Below, piece by piece: positions 27,082 through 38,077 of a stretch of 64,000 nt of DNA. The stretch spans positions 361,376 through 425,375 of the forward strand of contig JAWLHK010000001.1 of assembly GCA_041690355.1 (NCBI GenBank), in the 5' to 3' direction. The stretch comes from a bacterium (GTDB lineage: Bacteria > J088 > JAWLBW01). The translations under genes were made by a program, and so were the position numbers. Numbering within the stretch: the stretch's first letter is position 1; every line of letters starts with the position of its first letter. The notes under the pieces were generated by a model, which saw nothing but the letters and a program-made list of their open reading frames with translations, did not search any database and was not told the DNA's origin.

Positions 27082-28749
27082 ATGACGATGCCAGCCTATA
27101 CTTTGGACAATCCGCTCGACCCCGCCGCGTCCGACGCCGCGACGGCCGCCCCCCTCGGAGACGACGCCAGCCCCTACGATCGCGCCCTCGAGCTCGGCCG
27201 CGACCTGATCGCCCGCCCCCTGCGGGGCGGCGGCCCCGACCGCGTGATGGTGCAGCATGCGAAGTCGCGCATGACGGTCTGGGAGCGCATCAAGGTGCTG
27301 ACCGACACCGAGCCGAACATCTTCTACCAGAACTGGGGCCCCGGGCTCGACGGCGCCTCCATCGTGACCGGCATCCTGAACATCAAGGGGCGCGACGTGG
27401 CCGTCTACGGCCATGACTTCACGCTGCGCGCCGGATCCATGGACGCGACCAACGGGGCCAAGCTTGCCCGGCTCATCCTCATGGCCGGCGAACGGGGCAT
27501 TCCGCTCATCGGCATGAACGACTCGGCCGGCGCCTTCGTGCCGGCCGGCGTGGGCGGCCTCGACGGCTACTCCGAAGCCTTTACGGCGCTGCGCAAGATC
27601 AGCGGCGTCGTCCCGAGCATCATGTGCATGTTCGGCTTCAACGCCGGCGGCGGCGCCTACCTGCCGCGCCAGGGCTCGTTTCTCGTCCAGTCTGAAAACA
27701 CGTTCTTCGGCCTCACGGGCCCCGGCGTCGTGAAGTCGGTGCTCGGTGAAGACGTCACTGCCGATCAGCTGGGCGGCCCCGGCGTGCACGGCCAGAGCGG
27801 CGTGGCCGACCTGGTCGCCGCCGACGAGCTGGGCACGCTGCGCTCGGCGCTGCGCCTGCTCAGCTACCTGCCCGACAACAATCATTCGCGTCCGCCGTTC
27901 GTGCCCACGACCGACCCGCTCGACCGGTTCACGATGGACGAAGACATCCTGCTGCGCCGCACGTTCAACTCGCCCGCCGGGATGAATGCGCCGATGGACA
28001 TCACGCTCTACCTGCAGCAGCTGTGCGACCATGGCGAATACTTCGAGCTGCAGCCGCAGCGCGCCCGCAACATGATCACCGCCTTCGGGCGCATGGGGGG
28101 GCACGTCGTCGGTTTTCTCGCCAACAACTCGGCCGTGGCCTCGGGGCAGATCGACATCGCCGCCGCCCGCAAGGGCACGCGGTTCGTGCGCTTCTGCAAC
28201 CTCTACAACATCCCCATGGTCTTTCTCGAAGACACCACCGGGTTTCTGCCCGGCAAGGAGCAGGAGCAGATGGGGATCGTGCTCGAGGGCCGGCGCCTGC
28301 TCGACTCGATCATCGACCTGCGCACGCCGCGCATCACGCTCATTCTTCGCAACGCCTTCGGCGGCGCCTATGCGACCTTCAACTCGTACTTCACGGGCGC
28401 CGACGTCGTGCTGACGCTCCCCACGGCGCGCATCGCCGTCATGGGCCCGGCCGGCCGCGAGTACGTCTACAAGAAGGACATTCAGGCCATCGACCGCGCT
28501 TACCGCGAAGCCGTCCAGAAGGGCGGCTCCGAAGAAGAAGCGGCGCGCGTGCGCAACGAAGCGCTGGCCGCGCTGTCGAAGCGCTACGAGAAAGAGCTGC
28601 TCAACCCCAAAGAGGCGCTTTCGCTCGGCTCGGTGTCGAGCGTCGTCATGCCCGGAAACACGCGCCGCGAACTCGGCCGCAACCTTGATTTTCTGCTTCG
28701 CAAGTATCAGCCTGCCCCCATGTCGGGCGTGCAGAGGGAGTTTGAATAA
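27082..28749 (+). CDS. Acyl-CoA carboxylase carboxyltransferase subunit (PccB / AccD5 family)
   Basis: Two crotonase-like carboxyltransferase halves. About 555 aa. Confidence 0.85.
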   Translation: MTMPAYTLDNPLDPAASDAATAAPLGDDASPYDRALELGRDLIARPLRGGGPDRVMVQHAKSRMTVWERIKVLTDTEPNIFYQNWGPGLDGASIVTGILNIKGRDVAVYGHDFTLRAGSMDATNGAKLARLILMAGERGIPLIGMNDSAGAFVPAGVGGLDGYSEAFTALRKISGVVPSIMCMFGFNAGGGAYLPRQGSFLVQSENTFFGLTGPGVVKSVLGEDVTADQLGGPGVHGQSGVADLVAADELGTLRSALRLLSYLPDNNHSRPPFVPTTDPLDRFTMDEDILLRRTFNSPAGMNAPMDITLYLQQLCDHGEYFELQPQRARNMITAFGRMGGHVVGFLANNSAVASGQIDIAAARKGTRFVRFCNLYNIPMVFLEDTTGFLPGKEQEQMGIVLEGRRLLDSIIDLRTPRITLILRNAFGGAYATFNSYFTGADVVLTLPTARIAVMGPAGREYVYKKDIQAIDRAYREAVQKGGSEEEAARVRNEALAALSKRYEKELLNPKEALSLGSVSSVVMPGNTRRELGRNLDFLLRKYQPAPMSGVQREFE

Positions 28750-31508
28750 TGCTGGATCGCAATCTCACCCCGATGCGGTTCGACGAGTCGCCGTCCGAGT
28801 GGGCGCGCTCGTTCTCGCTGGCCTCCATCAAGTGCCTCATCGTCTGCCGCGGCCCCGTGCGCAAAGAGGCCATGGACGTGTTCGATCAGGCCGGCATCCG
28901 GGAATACGGCATCCTGCTGTCCGAGAAGGACAGCATCGTCTATCCGCGCGCCCTGGCGCCTGAGCTGCGCGGGTTCCGCTTCCCGAACAACGTGCACCGC
29001 GTGCCCGACTACATGGGCGCCGGGCAGGAAGAGAAGACGGCGCGCATCCGCGAGATCGTCTCCATCGCCGTCGATAACGGCTACACGCACATCTTCGCCG
29101 GTTACGGCTTCATGGCCGAAGACGCCGAGTTCATCGAGGCCATCGAGCAGGCCGGTGTCATCTTCGCCGGTCCGTCCTCGCACGTCGCCCGCGGCGCCGG
29201 CGCCAAGGACGAGGCCAAGAAGCTCGCCCGCCGCCTCGGCAACTCGGTGACCCCCGGGGTCGATAACGTCTCGGCCCTCGCGCTTCTCGCGCGGATCAAG
29301 GACCGCAGCGGCCTTGAGAAGCTGGCGAAGGAAAACAAGCTCGCCTTCTCGTTCGACGACAAGGCGTCGCTCGAAGACAACGCCGAAGCCCTGCTGCAGC
29401 TCGGCTACGCCCGCACGCTCGAGCTCGTCACCATCGAAGAGCTTCAGGCCTGCGCCCGCGAGCACTCGCAGGCCATCTGGAAGGATCACCCGGGCAGCCG
29501 CATCCGCTACAAGTACATCGGCGGCGGCGGCGGCAAGGGGCAGCGCGTCGTCGGCAAGCCCGAAGAGGTGAGCGCGGCCGTCATGGACATCCTGGCCGAA
29601 TCCAAGGTCATCGCCCCGGGTTCGAACCGCAACTTCCTCATCGAGCTCAACATCGAGACCACCCGCCACAATGAGATTCAGCTCATCGGCAACGGCGAAT
29701 GGTGTCTTTCGCTCGGCGGCCGCGACTGCTCGGTGCAGATGCACGAACAGAAGCTGCTCGAAGTGTCGCTGACGAAGGAGCTGCTCGACGCCGAGCTCGC
29801 CTTCGAACAGGGCGCCGCCCGCCGCGAGACGCTGCTCGAGGACCAGCAGACGCTGGCGCGCATGGAGGCCGAGGCCGAGCGCTTCGGCGCCGCCGTGGGG
29901 CTGAACAGCGTCTCGACCTGGGAAGCGATCGTCGAGGGGACGAAGCACTTCTTCATGGAGATGAACACACGCATCCAGGTCGAACACCGGGTGACGGAGC
30001 TGGCCTACCGGCTCAAGTTCACGAACCCCGAGGATGCGAACGACTTCTTCTTCGTCGAAAGCCTCATCGAGGCCATGCTGCTGCTCTCGCTGCACGGCAA
30101 GCGCGTGCCCAGGCCCGAACGGCTCGTGCGCAACGTGGCCGGCTCCGAAGTGCGCATCAACGCCACCAACGCCGCCCTGCAGCCCCACGCCGGCGGCGTC
30201 ATCCGCTCCTGGTCGCAGCCGCTCCCCGGCGAGATCCGCGACGACCAGGGCATCGGCATCCGCAACCCCGACACGGGGTCCTTCGTCTACTACCACCTGG
30301 CCGGCGCCTATGATTCGAACATCGCACTCGTCGTCACCGACGGAGTGAACCGCCGCGACAACCTCGAGCGCCTCGCCGAGATTCTGCGCCGCACGGAGCT
30401 GCGCGGCGAGGACCTGCAGACCAACATGCCGGTGCACTACGGCCTGCTCAACTGGATCCTGGGCAAGGACGCCATGCTGAAGCCGTCGACGCGCTTCATG
30501 TCGGCCTACCTCGCTGCAGTCGGCGCGGTCGCTACGGTCATCCGCGACCTCGACCTCGAGCAGGCCTTCGCCCGCGTCGAGTCAGGCATCAAGGACAAGG
30601 AAGCGCGCGCGGTCTTCGACCGTAAGGAAACACTGATCCTGCGTCCGCTGCAGCGGCTGCTCGCCAACCCACACCTGACCGCCGGCTTCATCGGCCGATA
30701 CGACGGGCGCCTGTGGACGCGCGACGGCGCACAGGTCGCCTTCGCCGTGAATCCCATCGAGTTTCTCGACGCCCTCTACCACTACCTGCACCTCGAGTGG
30801 GCTCCGGGTAAGCCGCCGAGCGAGATGGTCTGGGACCACGACCAGAAGATTCTCACCGACGCCCTCGCCTTCTACGCCGCCCTGCGCGAGCGCACCGGAG
30901 CCGGGAGCTGGAACAAGCTGGAGACGCTGCTCGGCGGCGGCGCCCCCGCCGCGTTCAAGGGGCAGCCCGAAACATGGGAGGCCTGCCAGGCCGCGCATCG
31001 CGGGTTCCAGCTCGGCATGGAGCTGCTGCTCGTGGTGCCACGCATCGGCATGGTCTCGGGCTTTGTCGACGTCGGCATGGACGAGCGTCTGAACCCCGTG
31101 CTTCCCGAACGCTTCCGCGACGGCGAGAGCACGAAGGATCTCATCAAGGCACTCGCCCCCCCGCCGGCAGCCAGCTCCGACGAAATCGTCACCCCGATGG
31201 GCGGCCACTTCTACGCCCGCGAGGCGCCGCACCTGCCGATTCTCATCGACGAGGGGCAGCGCTTCGAGGCCGGCCAGCCCCTGTTCGTCATCGAAGTCAT
31301 GAAGATGTTCAACAAGGTGACCGCCCCGTTCTCGGGCACGGTGGTCAAGAACCTCATGAAGAACGTCGACGGCAAAATCGTCAAGAAGGGCCAGGTCATG
31401 TTCAAGGTCGAGCCCGACGAACTCGTGTCGACCGACGACGGCCACCAGGAGCAGCGCCGCAAGGAGATGACTCTGCGCCTGCTCGGCCTCGACGCCATCA
31501 CGGCCTGA
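28749..31508 (+). CDS. Biotin carboxylase fused to biotin carboxyl carrier domain (long, divergent acyl-CoA carboxylase alpha subunit, 919 aa)
   Basis: ATP-grasp motifs YKYIGGGGGKGQRVV and EMNTRIQVEH. C-terminal biotinyl-Lys motif EVMKMFN. TAATG overlap with the carboxyltransferase gene. Confidence 0.85.
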   Translation: MLDRNLTPMRFDESPSEWARSFSLASIKCLIVCRGPVRKEAMDVFDQAGIREYGILLSEKDSIVYPRALAPELRGFRFPNNVHRVPDYMGAGQEEKTARIREIVSIAVDNGYTHIFAGYGFMAEDAEFIEAIEQAGVIFAGPSSHVARGAGAKDEAKKLARRLGNSVTPGVDNVSALALLARIKDRSGLEKLAKENKLAFSFDDKASLEDNAEALLQLGYARTLELVTIEELQACAREHSQAIWKDHPGSRIRYKYIGGGGGKGQRVVGKPEEVSAAVMDILAESKVIAPGSNRNFLIELNIETTRHNEIQLIGNGEWCLSLGGRDCSVQMHEQKLLEVSLTKELLDAELAFEQGAARRETLLEDQQTLARMEAEAERFGAAVGLNSVSTWEAIVEGTKHFFMEMNTRIQVEHRVTELAYRLKFTNPEDANDFFFVESLIEAMLLLSLHGKRVPRPERLVRNVAGSEVRINATNAALQPHAGGVIRSWSQPLPGEIRDDQGIGIRNPDTGSFVYYHLAGAYDSNIALVVTDGVNRRDNLERLAEILRRTELRGEDLQTNMPVHYGLLNWILGKDAMLKPSTRFMSAYLAAVGAVATVIRDLDLEQAFARVESGIKDKEARAVFDRKETLILRPLQRLLANPHLTAGFIGRYDGRLWTRDGAQVAFAVNPIEFLDALYHYLHLEWAPGKPPSEMVWDHDQKILTDALAFYAALRERTGAGSWNKLETLLGGGAPAAFKGQPETWEACQAAHRGFQLGMELLLVVPRIGMVSGFVDVGMDERLNPVLPERFRDGESTKDLIKALAPPPAASSDEIVTPMGGHFYAREAPHLPILIDEGQRFEAGQPLFVIEVMKMFNKVTAPFSGTVVKNLMKNVDGKIVKKGQVMFKVEPDELVSTDDGHQEQRRKEMTLRLLGLDAITA

Positions 31509-31528
31509 GCTCCGCCCCCGGCCTTTGC

Positions 31529-31567
31529 ACCCCCGCGCTGCCCCGTGCAGCGGCGGGGGTTTTTTCT
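31529..31567 (+). terminator. Rho-independent terminator of the acyl-CoA carboxylase operon
   Basis: GC-rich hairpin CCCCGCGCTG-CCCCGTG-CAGCGGCGGGG followed by TTTTTTCTT, 20 nt after the stop. Confidence 0.75.
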
Positions 31568-31616
31568 TGGGCGCAATCGCCTTCGATGCGTGCCGTCTCT
31601 GGGGTATCGTGTAAGG

Positions 31617-32810
31617 ATGCGCTGCTCAACATCCCTTCGCCTGGTTCCGCTCCTGCTCGCTTTCACGTTCTCCGCCTGCGCCGCGTTCGGCGGCGCCGCG
31701 TCGGGAGAGCGTCTTGCCCGCATGGAGGCGTCGCCCCAGTACCGCGAAGGGAAGTTCGGGAACCGGTTGCCGATGGCCGAAGACGACTGGACGTTCGGCA
31801 AGATCCTCGCCATGCTGGGCGAGTGGTTGAACAACGACGCCCAGACGGTTCCCGAAGAGCCGATGCCCGTCGAGACGCTGACGGCTGCCGACTTCGCGAG
31901 TCCGGCCACCGATCTTGCCGTGCGCTGGTTCGGACACTCGACCATCCTTATCGAAATAGAAGGCAAGCGGATTCTGACCGACCCCATCTGGTCTGACCGC
32001 GCCTCGCCGGTTTCCTTTGCGGGCCCGCACCGCTTCACCCCGCCCCTCATCGACCTGGCGGCGCTGCTTCCGATTGACGCCGTGGTGATCAGCCACGACC
32101 ACTATGACCACCTCGATTACGAAACGATTGTCGCGCTGAAAGACGCCGTGCACTTCTTCGTTCCACTCGGGATCGGCGCGCATCTCGAGGCCTGGGGGGT
32201 CGCGCCGGAACGCATCCGCGAACTCGACTGGTGGGAGTCGGCCGAGCTGGAGGGCATCCGCTTCGTCTGCACGCCGTCACGCCACTTCTCGGGGCGCAGC
32301 CTGACCGACCGCAACCGCACCCTGTGGGCCTCGTGGAGCATTCTGGGGGCGGCGCGGCGCGTCTACTTCGGCGGCGATTCGGGGCTCTTTCCCGAGCTGA
32401 CGGAGATCGGGGAGCGATTCGGCCCCTTCGACGTCACGATGCTCGACTCGGGCGCTTACAACGGACGCTGGCCCGACGTGCACATGGGGCCCGAACAGGC
32501 GCTCATCGCCCATCGCGCCCTGCGGGGCAAGGTTCTGCTGCCGATCCACTGGGGCCTGTTCCAACTGGCGCTGCACAGCTGGGTCGAACCCGCCGAGCGC
32601 ATGCGCGTTCTGGCGAGCCGGTGGGGCAATCGGATCGCGCAGCCGAAGCCCGGGCAGCTCCTCGTTCCCGACGGCCCGCTCCCCACGGCGCGATGGTGGC
32701 CCGACGACGTGCCCTGGCAGACCGCCGACGAGGCGCCCATCGTTTCTTCGCACCTCGACCCCCTGTGGGTCGCCCGCTACGCGCAGCCCGTCACGTTGAG
32801 CCGGCGCTGA
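31617..32810 (+). CDS. MBL-fold lipoprotein (NAPE-PLD-like Zn-dependent hydrolase)
   Basis: Lipobox LLLAFTFSAC. ISHDHYDHLD metal motif. Start reassigned; RBS AAGGA. Confidence 0.7.
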   Translation: MRCSTSLRLVPLLLAFTFSACAAFGGAASGERLARMEASPQYREGKFGNRLPMAEDDWTFGKILAMLGEWLNNDAQTVPEEPMPVETLTAADFASPATDLAVRWFGHSTILIEIEGKRILTDPIWSDRASPVSFAGPHRFTPPLIDLAALLPIDAVVISHDHYDHLDYETIVALKDAVHFFVPLGIGAHLEAWGVAPERIRELDWWESAELEGIRFVCTPSRHFSGRSLTDRNRTLWASWSILGAARRVYFGGDSGLFPELTEIGERFGPFDVTMLDSGAYNGRWPDVHMGPEQALIAHRALRGKVLLPIHWGLFQLALHSWVEPAERMRVLASRWGNRIAQPKPGQLLVPDGPLPTARWWPDDVPWQTADEAPIVSSHLDPLWVARYAQPVTLSRR

Positions 32811-32816
32811 ACGCCG

Positions 32817-33356
32817 CTATTCGAGGCCGAACGTCCAACCCGGGTGATCGAAGAGTTCCCCGTAGCGCTCGAGCGCCTCGGCCAGCTGCATGAGACCGCC
32901 GCGACGTTCCTCTTCATCGTCCGACTGGAGCTGCGCGGCGCCGCCGATCAGGCGGATGAGGACGGCATCATGCAGCACCCGATCGGCTTCGGGCGACAGC
33001 TTGCACTCTGCGATCAGCCGCCGGTTCTCGGCCGCCACCGCCGCCCCCGTCTTGACGTAGCCGTCGGGGCTCATCGTGCCAGCGTCGACGGCGCGAACCG
33101 CTTCGAGAACCTGCCCCTTGATGGCGGTCATCCCCTCGCGCAGGGGGGCGTCGGTCTCCCACTTGCGGCCGTCGTTCAGACCGATATTGGCGTCACCGTC
33201 GGTCTCGTGAGCGGCATGAGGATCGTGCGCTGCGGGCGCGGCATGGTCGGCGTGGGAGGCATGCGGGTCATGGGCGGCATGCCCCGCGGAATCGTGGGCA
33301 CAGCCGGCAGCCGCGAAGCCGGCGGCAAGCAGACAAAGCAAAGCGAATCGGCGCAA
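32817..33356 (-). CDS. Histidine-rich lipoprotein, candidate periplasmic metal-binding protein
   Basis: Lipobox AAAGC followed by HDSAGHAAHDPHASHADHAAPAAHDPHAAHE (12 His in 30 aa). Confidence 0.5.
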   Translation of the reverse strand: MRRFALLCLLAAGFAAAGCAHDSAGHAAHDPHASHADHAAPAAHDPHAAHETDGDANIGLNDGRKWETDAPLREGMTAIKGQVLEAVRAVDAGTMSPDGYVKTGAAVAAENRRLIAECKLSPEADRVLHDAVLIRLIGGAAQLQSDDEEERRGGLMQLAEALERYGELFDHPGWTFGLE

Positions 33357-33435
33357 GGGTTACCTTCTCTCCGGCGGACGCAGAAATTTCCGCCTCCCGT
33401 ATTGTACCCCCCGCAGGCGCCGGTGCGCCGCTGCC

Positions 33436-36400
33436 TCAGCCGGGAACCTTGGGGATGGTGAACCAGAAGGTCGTTTTCCCGTCACCGCTCTCAGCCCCGA
33501 CGAGGCCGCCGTGCGCCTCCACGATGCCCTTGACGATATAGAGCCCCAGGCCCGTCCCCTCGATCCCCTTGCGTATCGATACCCGGGAGCGATGGTAGCG
33601 CTCGAAGAGCTGCTCGCGCGCTCCCCGGTCGAGCTCTCCGTCGTTGACGACGCTGACGCGTACCTGCGCGGTTTCCGATCGAACGTCTATTGCGACGGCG
33701 CCGTCCCGGACGCCGTACTTGACCGCGTTCGAAAGCAGATTGGAAAGGACCTGCTCCATGCGCATCTTGTCGGCAAACGCGAGCGCTGGTTGCTCCCCGC
33801 TGGTCACGCGGATCGTGATGCCCAGCGCGGCAAATCTGTCGGCCGCCTCGCACGCAACCTCTCGCAGATCGACCATCAATCGGCGCAACGAAAGCTGGTG
33901 CGCCTCGATCTTCGACGCATCCACCATGTCGCCGATAATCCGGTTCATCAGCGCCGCGCTGGCATGCATGTGGTCGAGTTCACGCATGACTTCAGGGTCT
34001 GCGCCGGTGCACCGGTGGCGCAGCATTTCGACACGCGCCAGGACGGTGGTCAGCGGCTGACGCAGATCATGGGCGATAACCCCCGTCCACCGTTCGCGCG
34101 TCTGCTCGAGCGCGCGCTTTTCTGAGATGTCCTCGAAGATCATGACGGCGCCGATGATGTTCTGGTCGTCGTCCAGGATCGGCGCCGCACTCTTGTAAAC
34201 GTACAGTTCGCTGCCGTCCGGGCGCCGGACGAGGTACTCGGCCATGCGCACGACGTTACCGCGCAGGACACGGGGCACGACCCGTTCTTCTTCGGAGAGA
34301 GGCGAACCGTCGATGTGAAAGAGCAGGTCCTCGAACTGCGCCGCCCCCCCCTCCGAGCGCAGGCGTACGCCGAACAATTCGCAGGTTCGGCGATTGAACA
34401 TGAAGCTGCCGTCGCGCTTCACCAGTATGATGCCGTTGGGCGAGTGGTTGATCAGCGCCTCGAACCAGCGCTTTTCTTCGTCGAGCGATTGCAGCAGCGA
34501 TTCGCGCTCCGCCTCCTTCCGGTGCTGCTCGGTCACGTCCTGGGTCGTGCCGACGAGGCGTTCGGGCCGCCCGGGAGGGCCGACGATGCTCGCCTTCTCC
34601 TGAATGAAGCGTTCCCGCCCGTCGGGCAGTTGAATCCGGTGCGTGACTTCATAGGCCTCCTGGCGGCTCAGGGCCTCGCGCACCCGCTCTTCGACCCGCG
34701 GCCGGTCGTCAGGGTTGACCATGGAAAGGAACATGGGATAGGTAATCTTCGGACGCTCTTCTCCGAAACCGAACAGGCGGTATGCTTCGTCAGACCACTG
34801 CACTTCGTTGGTACGCAGGTCCCAGTACCAGCTGCCGATCAGGCCGACCTCCTGCGCCTCGCGCAAGCGTTCCTCGTTCAGGCGCAGGCGCCGTTCGGTC
34901 TCGATCCGGTCGGTGATGTCGGTCCAGTACCCTGCCAGCCCGATGATCGCCCCCTTGTCGTCGAAGCGGGGCTCATGGACGGCGTCGAAAATGAGGTTGC
35001 GCTCTCCGGTGCTGATTTCCAGCTCGCAACGCGAAGGTTGGCGCGTCTCGATCACCCGGCGCTTCTCGATGACGATGCGCGCCGCCTGGTCGGGACGGAA
35101 CAGGTCGAGATCAGTCCTGCCGACTGCAGAGTCGTCGAAGGGCGGCCGGATGCGGGCGAACCACGTATAGAACAACCGGGTGTCCTGATAGAAGATGGTG
35201 CCGGGCGCATGAGCAGCGACGAAGGCCAGACGACGTTCGCTTTCGGCCAGCGCCTGCTCGGATCGTTCGCGCTCGGTGATATCGCGTGAAATCCCTTCTA
35301 CGGCGACGATGCGCTCATCATGAACGACGGGCGTGAACCCGATTTCGTGGCAGACGCCCGAGCCGTCCCTATGGCTCAGGTAGGCCCGGACGGGAGAGCG
35401 CGACTCCCGCTCTCCATTGAGCATGGCGCGGACCATGGCCCGGGTTTCGGGGGACATGAGGCGAAAGACGAGTTCCGGATCGGCGTCGAACTCCTCGGGG
35501 GCGTATCCCAGCAGTTTCCGGGTTGCACCCGACAGGTAGTCGAACCGGTTCGTCTGCAGGCTCCAGCGGAACACGATGTCGCGGGCGTTCTCGGCCATCA
35601 GCCGGAAGCGCTCTTCGCTTTCGGCGAGCGCCTCCTCACGCCGCCTGGCCTCGCTCATGTCGACGATCTGGGCAATGTAGTAACGGGCATACCCGTTCTC
35701 GTCCCGGACGGCCGATCCACTCAGGATGGCGTGGATGACCGCGCCGTTCTTGTGCACGTAGCGCTTCGAAAGCCGGTAGTTCGGGATTTCGCCCGTGCGG
35801 AGCCTCTCGGCCAGCTCGAGGTCGACGTTCAGGTCGTCGGGGTGGGTGACGTCCTGAAAGCGTATCCGCCCGAGCTCTTCGGGCGTGTAGCCCAGCATCT
35901 CGCACAGGGCCCGGTTGGCCCGCTCGAAGGTGCCATCAAGGCCGACGATGGCCATGCCGACAGGGGCCGTCTCGATGATCTCGTCGACCTTGCGCGTGCT
36001 CTCGTCCAGCTGGGCACGTGCCTGCGCGCTCGAGATGCCGCTGGCGAAAACCTCACCGATCGCCACGAAGGTCTCGCATTCCTCATCGCTCACCACCCGC
36101 TCTTCGGGAAAACCCAGGGTCAGCGTTCCGACGCAGCTGCTGTGGACGATGAGCGGAACCGCAATGACCGTGTGGGACCCGCTGGCGGCCATGACGCGGG
36201 CCGCGAGCGTGAGTTCGGAATCGAGAGGCCGCCGCAGATCCGCGACCTGAATCTCCTTCCGGTTGGCCGCGCGCGCCGCAAGGAGCGGTGAATCCAGCGA
36301 AAGCTCGCAGACCTGCTCGACGAGCTGCGGCGGGATACCGTCGGAGGCGATCAGCCCCAGGCGGCGCCGGTCGGGGTCGAGAAGGTGCACGTGCGCCATG

Positions 36401-36657
36401 CTCGCGCCGGCCTGACGGAACTGGTCGACGATGGCCCGCGCGATCCGCTCGACGCTCCCCTCGCGCACGACGACGGCGCCGATGCGGGCAAGCGCGGCAA
36501 AGCTGTGCGCCTGCGGAAATCCGTCTACCCTGCGCGCCTCGCCGCGCGGCCGGCGCTCAGGATCTCGGGATGGCTGCTCGCTCATGAAACTCGCATCAAC
36601 CTCGCCGCGGGGCGGCTCTCCGGGCGTCAGGGATGAATAGGGGCATTTCAGCTCCAT
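33436..36657 (-). CDS. Multi-sensor histidine kinase (GAF plus about 5 PAS plus HisKA plus HATPase), no receiver
   Basis: H-box GVIAHDLRQPLT. G-boxes GTGLGLYIVKGIVEAHGG. Repeated PAS modules. Confidence 0.8.
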   Translation of the reverse strand: MELKCPYSSLTPGEPPRGEVDASFMSEQPSRDPERRPRGEARRVDGFPQAHSFAALARIGAVVVREGSVERIARAIVDQFRQAGASMAHVHLLDPDRRRLGLIASDGIPPQLVEQVCELSLDSPLLAARAANRKEIQVADLRRPLDSELTLAARVMAASGSHTVIAVPLIVHSSCVGTLTLGFPEERVVSDEECETFVAIGEVFASGISSAQARAQLDESTRKVDEIIETAPVGMAIVGLDGTFERANRALCEMLGYTPEELGRIRFQDVTHPDDLNVDLELAERLRTGEIPNYRLSKRYVHKNGAVIHAILSGSAVRDENGYARYYIAQIVDMSEARRREEALAESEERFRLMAENARDIVFRWSLQTNRFDYLSGATRKLLGYAPEEFDADPELVFRLMSPETRAMVRAMLNGERESRSPVRAYLSHRDGSGVCHEIGFTPVVHDERIVAVEGISRDITERERSEQALAESERRLAFVAAHAPGTIFYQDTRLFYTWFARIRPPFDDSAVGRTDLDLFRPDQAARIVIEKRRVIETRQPSRCELEISTGERNLIFDAVHEPRFDDKGAIIGLAGYWTDITDRIETERRLRLNEERLREAQEVGLIGSWYWDLRTNEVQWSDEAYRLFGFGEERPKITYPMFLSMVNPDDRPRVEERVREALSRQEAYEVTHRIQLPDGRERFIQEKASIVGPPGRPERLVGTTQDVTEQHRKEAERESLLQSLDEEKRWFEALINHSPNGIILVKRDGSFMFNRRTCELFGVRLRSEGGAAQFEDLLFHIDGSPLSEEERVVPRVLRGNVVRMAEYLVRRPDGSELYVYKSAAPILDDDQNIIGAVMIFEDISEKRALEQTRERWTGVIAHDLRQPLTTVLARVEMLRHRCTGADPEVMRELDHMHASAALMNRIIGDMVDASKIEAHQLSLRRLMVDLREVACEAADRFAALGITIRVTSGEQPALAFADKMRMEQVLSNLLSNAVKYGVRDGAVAIDVRSETAQVRVSVVNDGELDRGAREQLFERYHRSRVSIRKGIEGTGLGLYIVKGIVEAHGGLVGAESGDGKTTFWFTIPKVPG

Positions 36658-36785
36658 TATCGACGGTTCCTCGGGCCCGTCGTGATAGAACTCCCTGGAA
36701 CTCCCTTCGCCCGCCCCCCTGCCGGGCCTGGTGCGATCGCCCGCCCCTTGAAGGGTATCGCTCCGGGCTGTAGAGTATAGGTTTC

Positions 36786-37190
36786 ATGGAGCGGAATGTG
36801 GAAGTCGTCACGCACAGAAACCTGATTCTGGTTTTTCACAAAGGGACCGGCAACCTCGAGCAGGGGCGCCGCATCACCGACGCCATGCGCGAAGCCGTGG
36901 CCACGCTGCGCCGTTCGCACCTGCGCATCGCGATCTACCACGACGTTTCGGAGCTTGCCGCCGCCGACAACGATTACGTCTCGGCCTTCGCCGGCCTGGC
37001 CAAGGAACTGGGCAAAGACGGCTTCGTCTTCGTGGCGACCATCCCCAAGGCCTGGGTGCGAGTTCTCGCCAAGACCGCCTCGTACCTCGGGGGGATCGAG
37101 ACCCACTTCTTCAAGACGCCTGCCGAATCGATCCAGTATCTGGAGGGCGCCGGATTCGAGTTTCCTGCAAGCGCCCACCGCGTCGCCTGA
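36786..37190 (+). CDS. Hypothetical protein (possible STAS-like fold), divergent from the sensor kinase gene
   Basis: 134 aa, no strong motif. Confidence 0.35.
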   Translation: MERNVEVVTHRNLILVFHKGTGNLEQGRRITDAMREAVATLRRSHLRIAIYHDVSELAAADNDYVSAFAGLAKELGKDGFVFVATIPKAWVRVLAKTASYLGGIETHFFKTPAESIQYLEGAGFEFPASAHRVA

Positions 37191-37354
37191 CCGTGGCGCC
37201 CAGCCCCGCACCGGTTCCCTAACCGATTTTTCGTCCAGACGTAACCCCTCGGACGGCGCCGGCGCCGCAGCGCCTCGGATTACCGTCGGCATGGAGTACG
37301 CTCGTATCGAGGAGCGGATCCATGCGCACTTTTCCGCTCCCGGAAAGGTGTACC

Positions 37355-38041
37355 ATGCGACTTCTGCTTCTGGCCCTGCTTCTCTTCTCGGCATCTGCCT
37401 GCGGTGACGACGACTCACCGGGCCAACCCACCGAAGAAACCCGGGTTCCCCCTCCCGACGATACCGACGATACCGACGATGACGATCGGGACGACGACGG
37501 AGACGACACGAATGGTGACCGTGACGACGATGACCGGGACGACGACTCTGACGACGGCAGAACATCGGGGTGCGACGTCGAAAACCGTACCATCGACGAC
37601 AACGTTTTCCTGGGCGGCGAGCAGGACTGCACCTATCGTAACGTGCGCATCACCGGAAATCTCCGGATTGACGACGGCGCCGGGTTCACGGGAACGAACC
37701 TCCGGCTCGACGGGAACCTCGAGGCCGAAGACTTCGGCGAGCTCACGCTGTCCGAATCGCTGATTCGAGGAAACGTCGAGGCCGAGCGCGGAGGAAGCGT
37801 CTCGATACTCGACTCGGAGATCGACGGAAACGTGCACCTGGAGTCGAACCGGGGGGCGATTGCCATCCTGCGCAACCGGATTGACGGCAATGTCGAGCTC
37901 GAAGACAACACGGGAGGCCCGTTCGAGATTTCCGAGAACCTGATCCGGGGAAACGTGGAATGCGAGCGCAACGACCCGGCCCCGTTCGGGAGCGGAAACC
38001 AGGTCGACGGTAATCTCGAGGATCAGTGCGCCGGCCTCTAG
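37355..38041 (+). CDS. Acidic lipoprotein with about 20-aa GN(V/L)E repeats (beta-helix-like)
   Basis: Lipobox LLFSASAC. Asp-rich linker (DDTDDTDDDDRDDDGDD...). At least 8 repeats of the form IxGNVExE. Confidence 0.5.
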   Translation: MRLLLLALLLFSASACGDDDSPGQPTEETRVPPPDDTDDTDDDDRDDDGDDTNGDRDDDDRDDDSDDGRTSGCDVENRTIDDNVFLGGEQDCTYRNVRITGNLRIDDGAGFTGTNLRLDGNLEAEDFGELTLSESLIRGNVEAERGGSVSILDSEIDGNVHLESNRGAIAILRNRIDGNVELEDNTGGPFEISENLIRGNVECERNDPAPFGSGNQVDGNLEDQCAGL

Positions 38042-38077
38042 CAGGAGCAGGGTATTGAAATTTGCCCGCGCCGGCGA

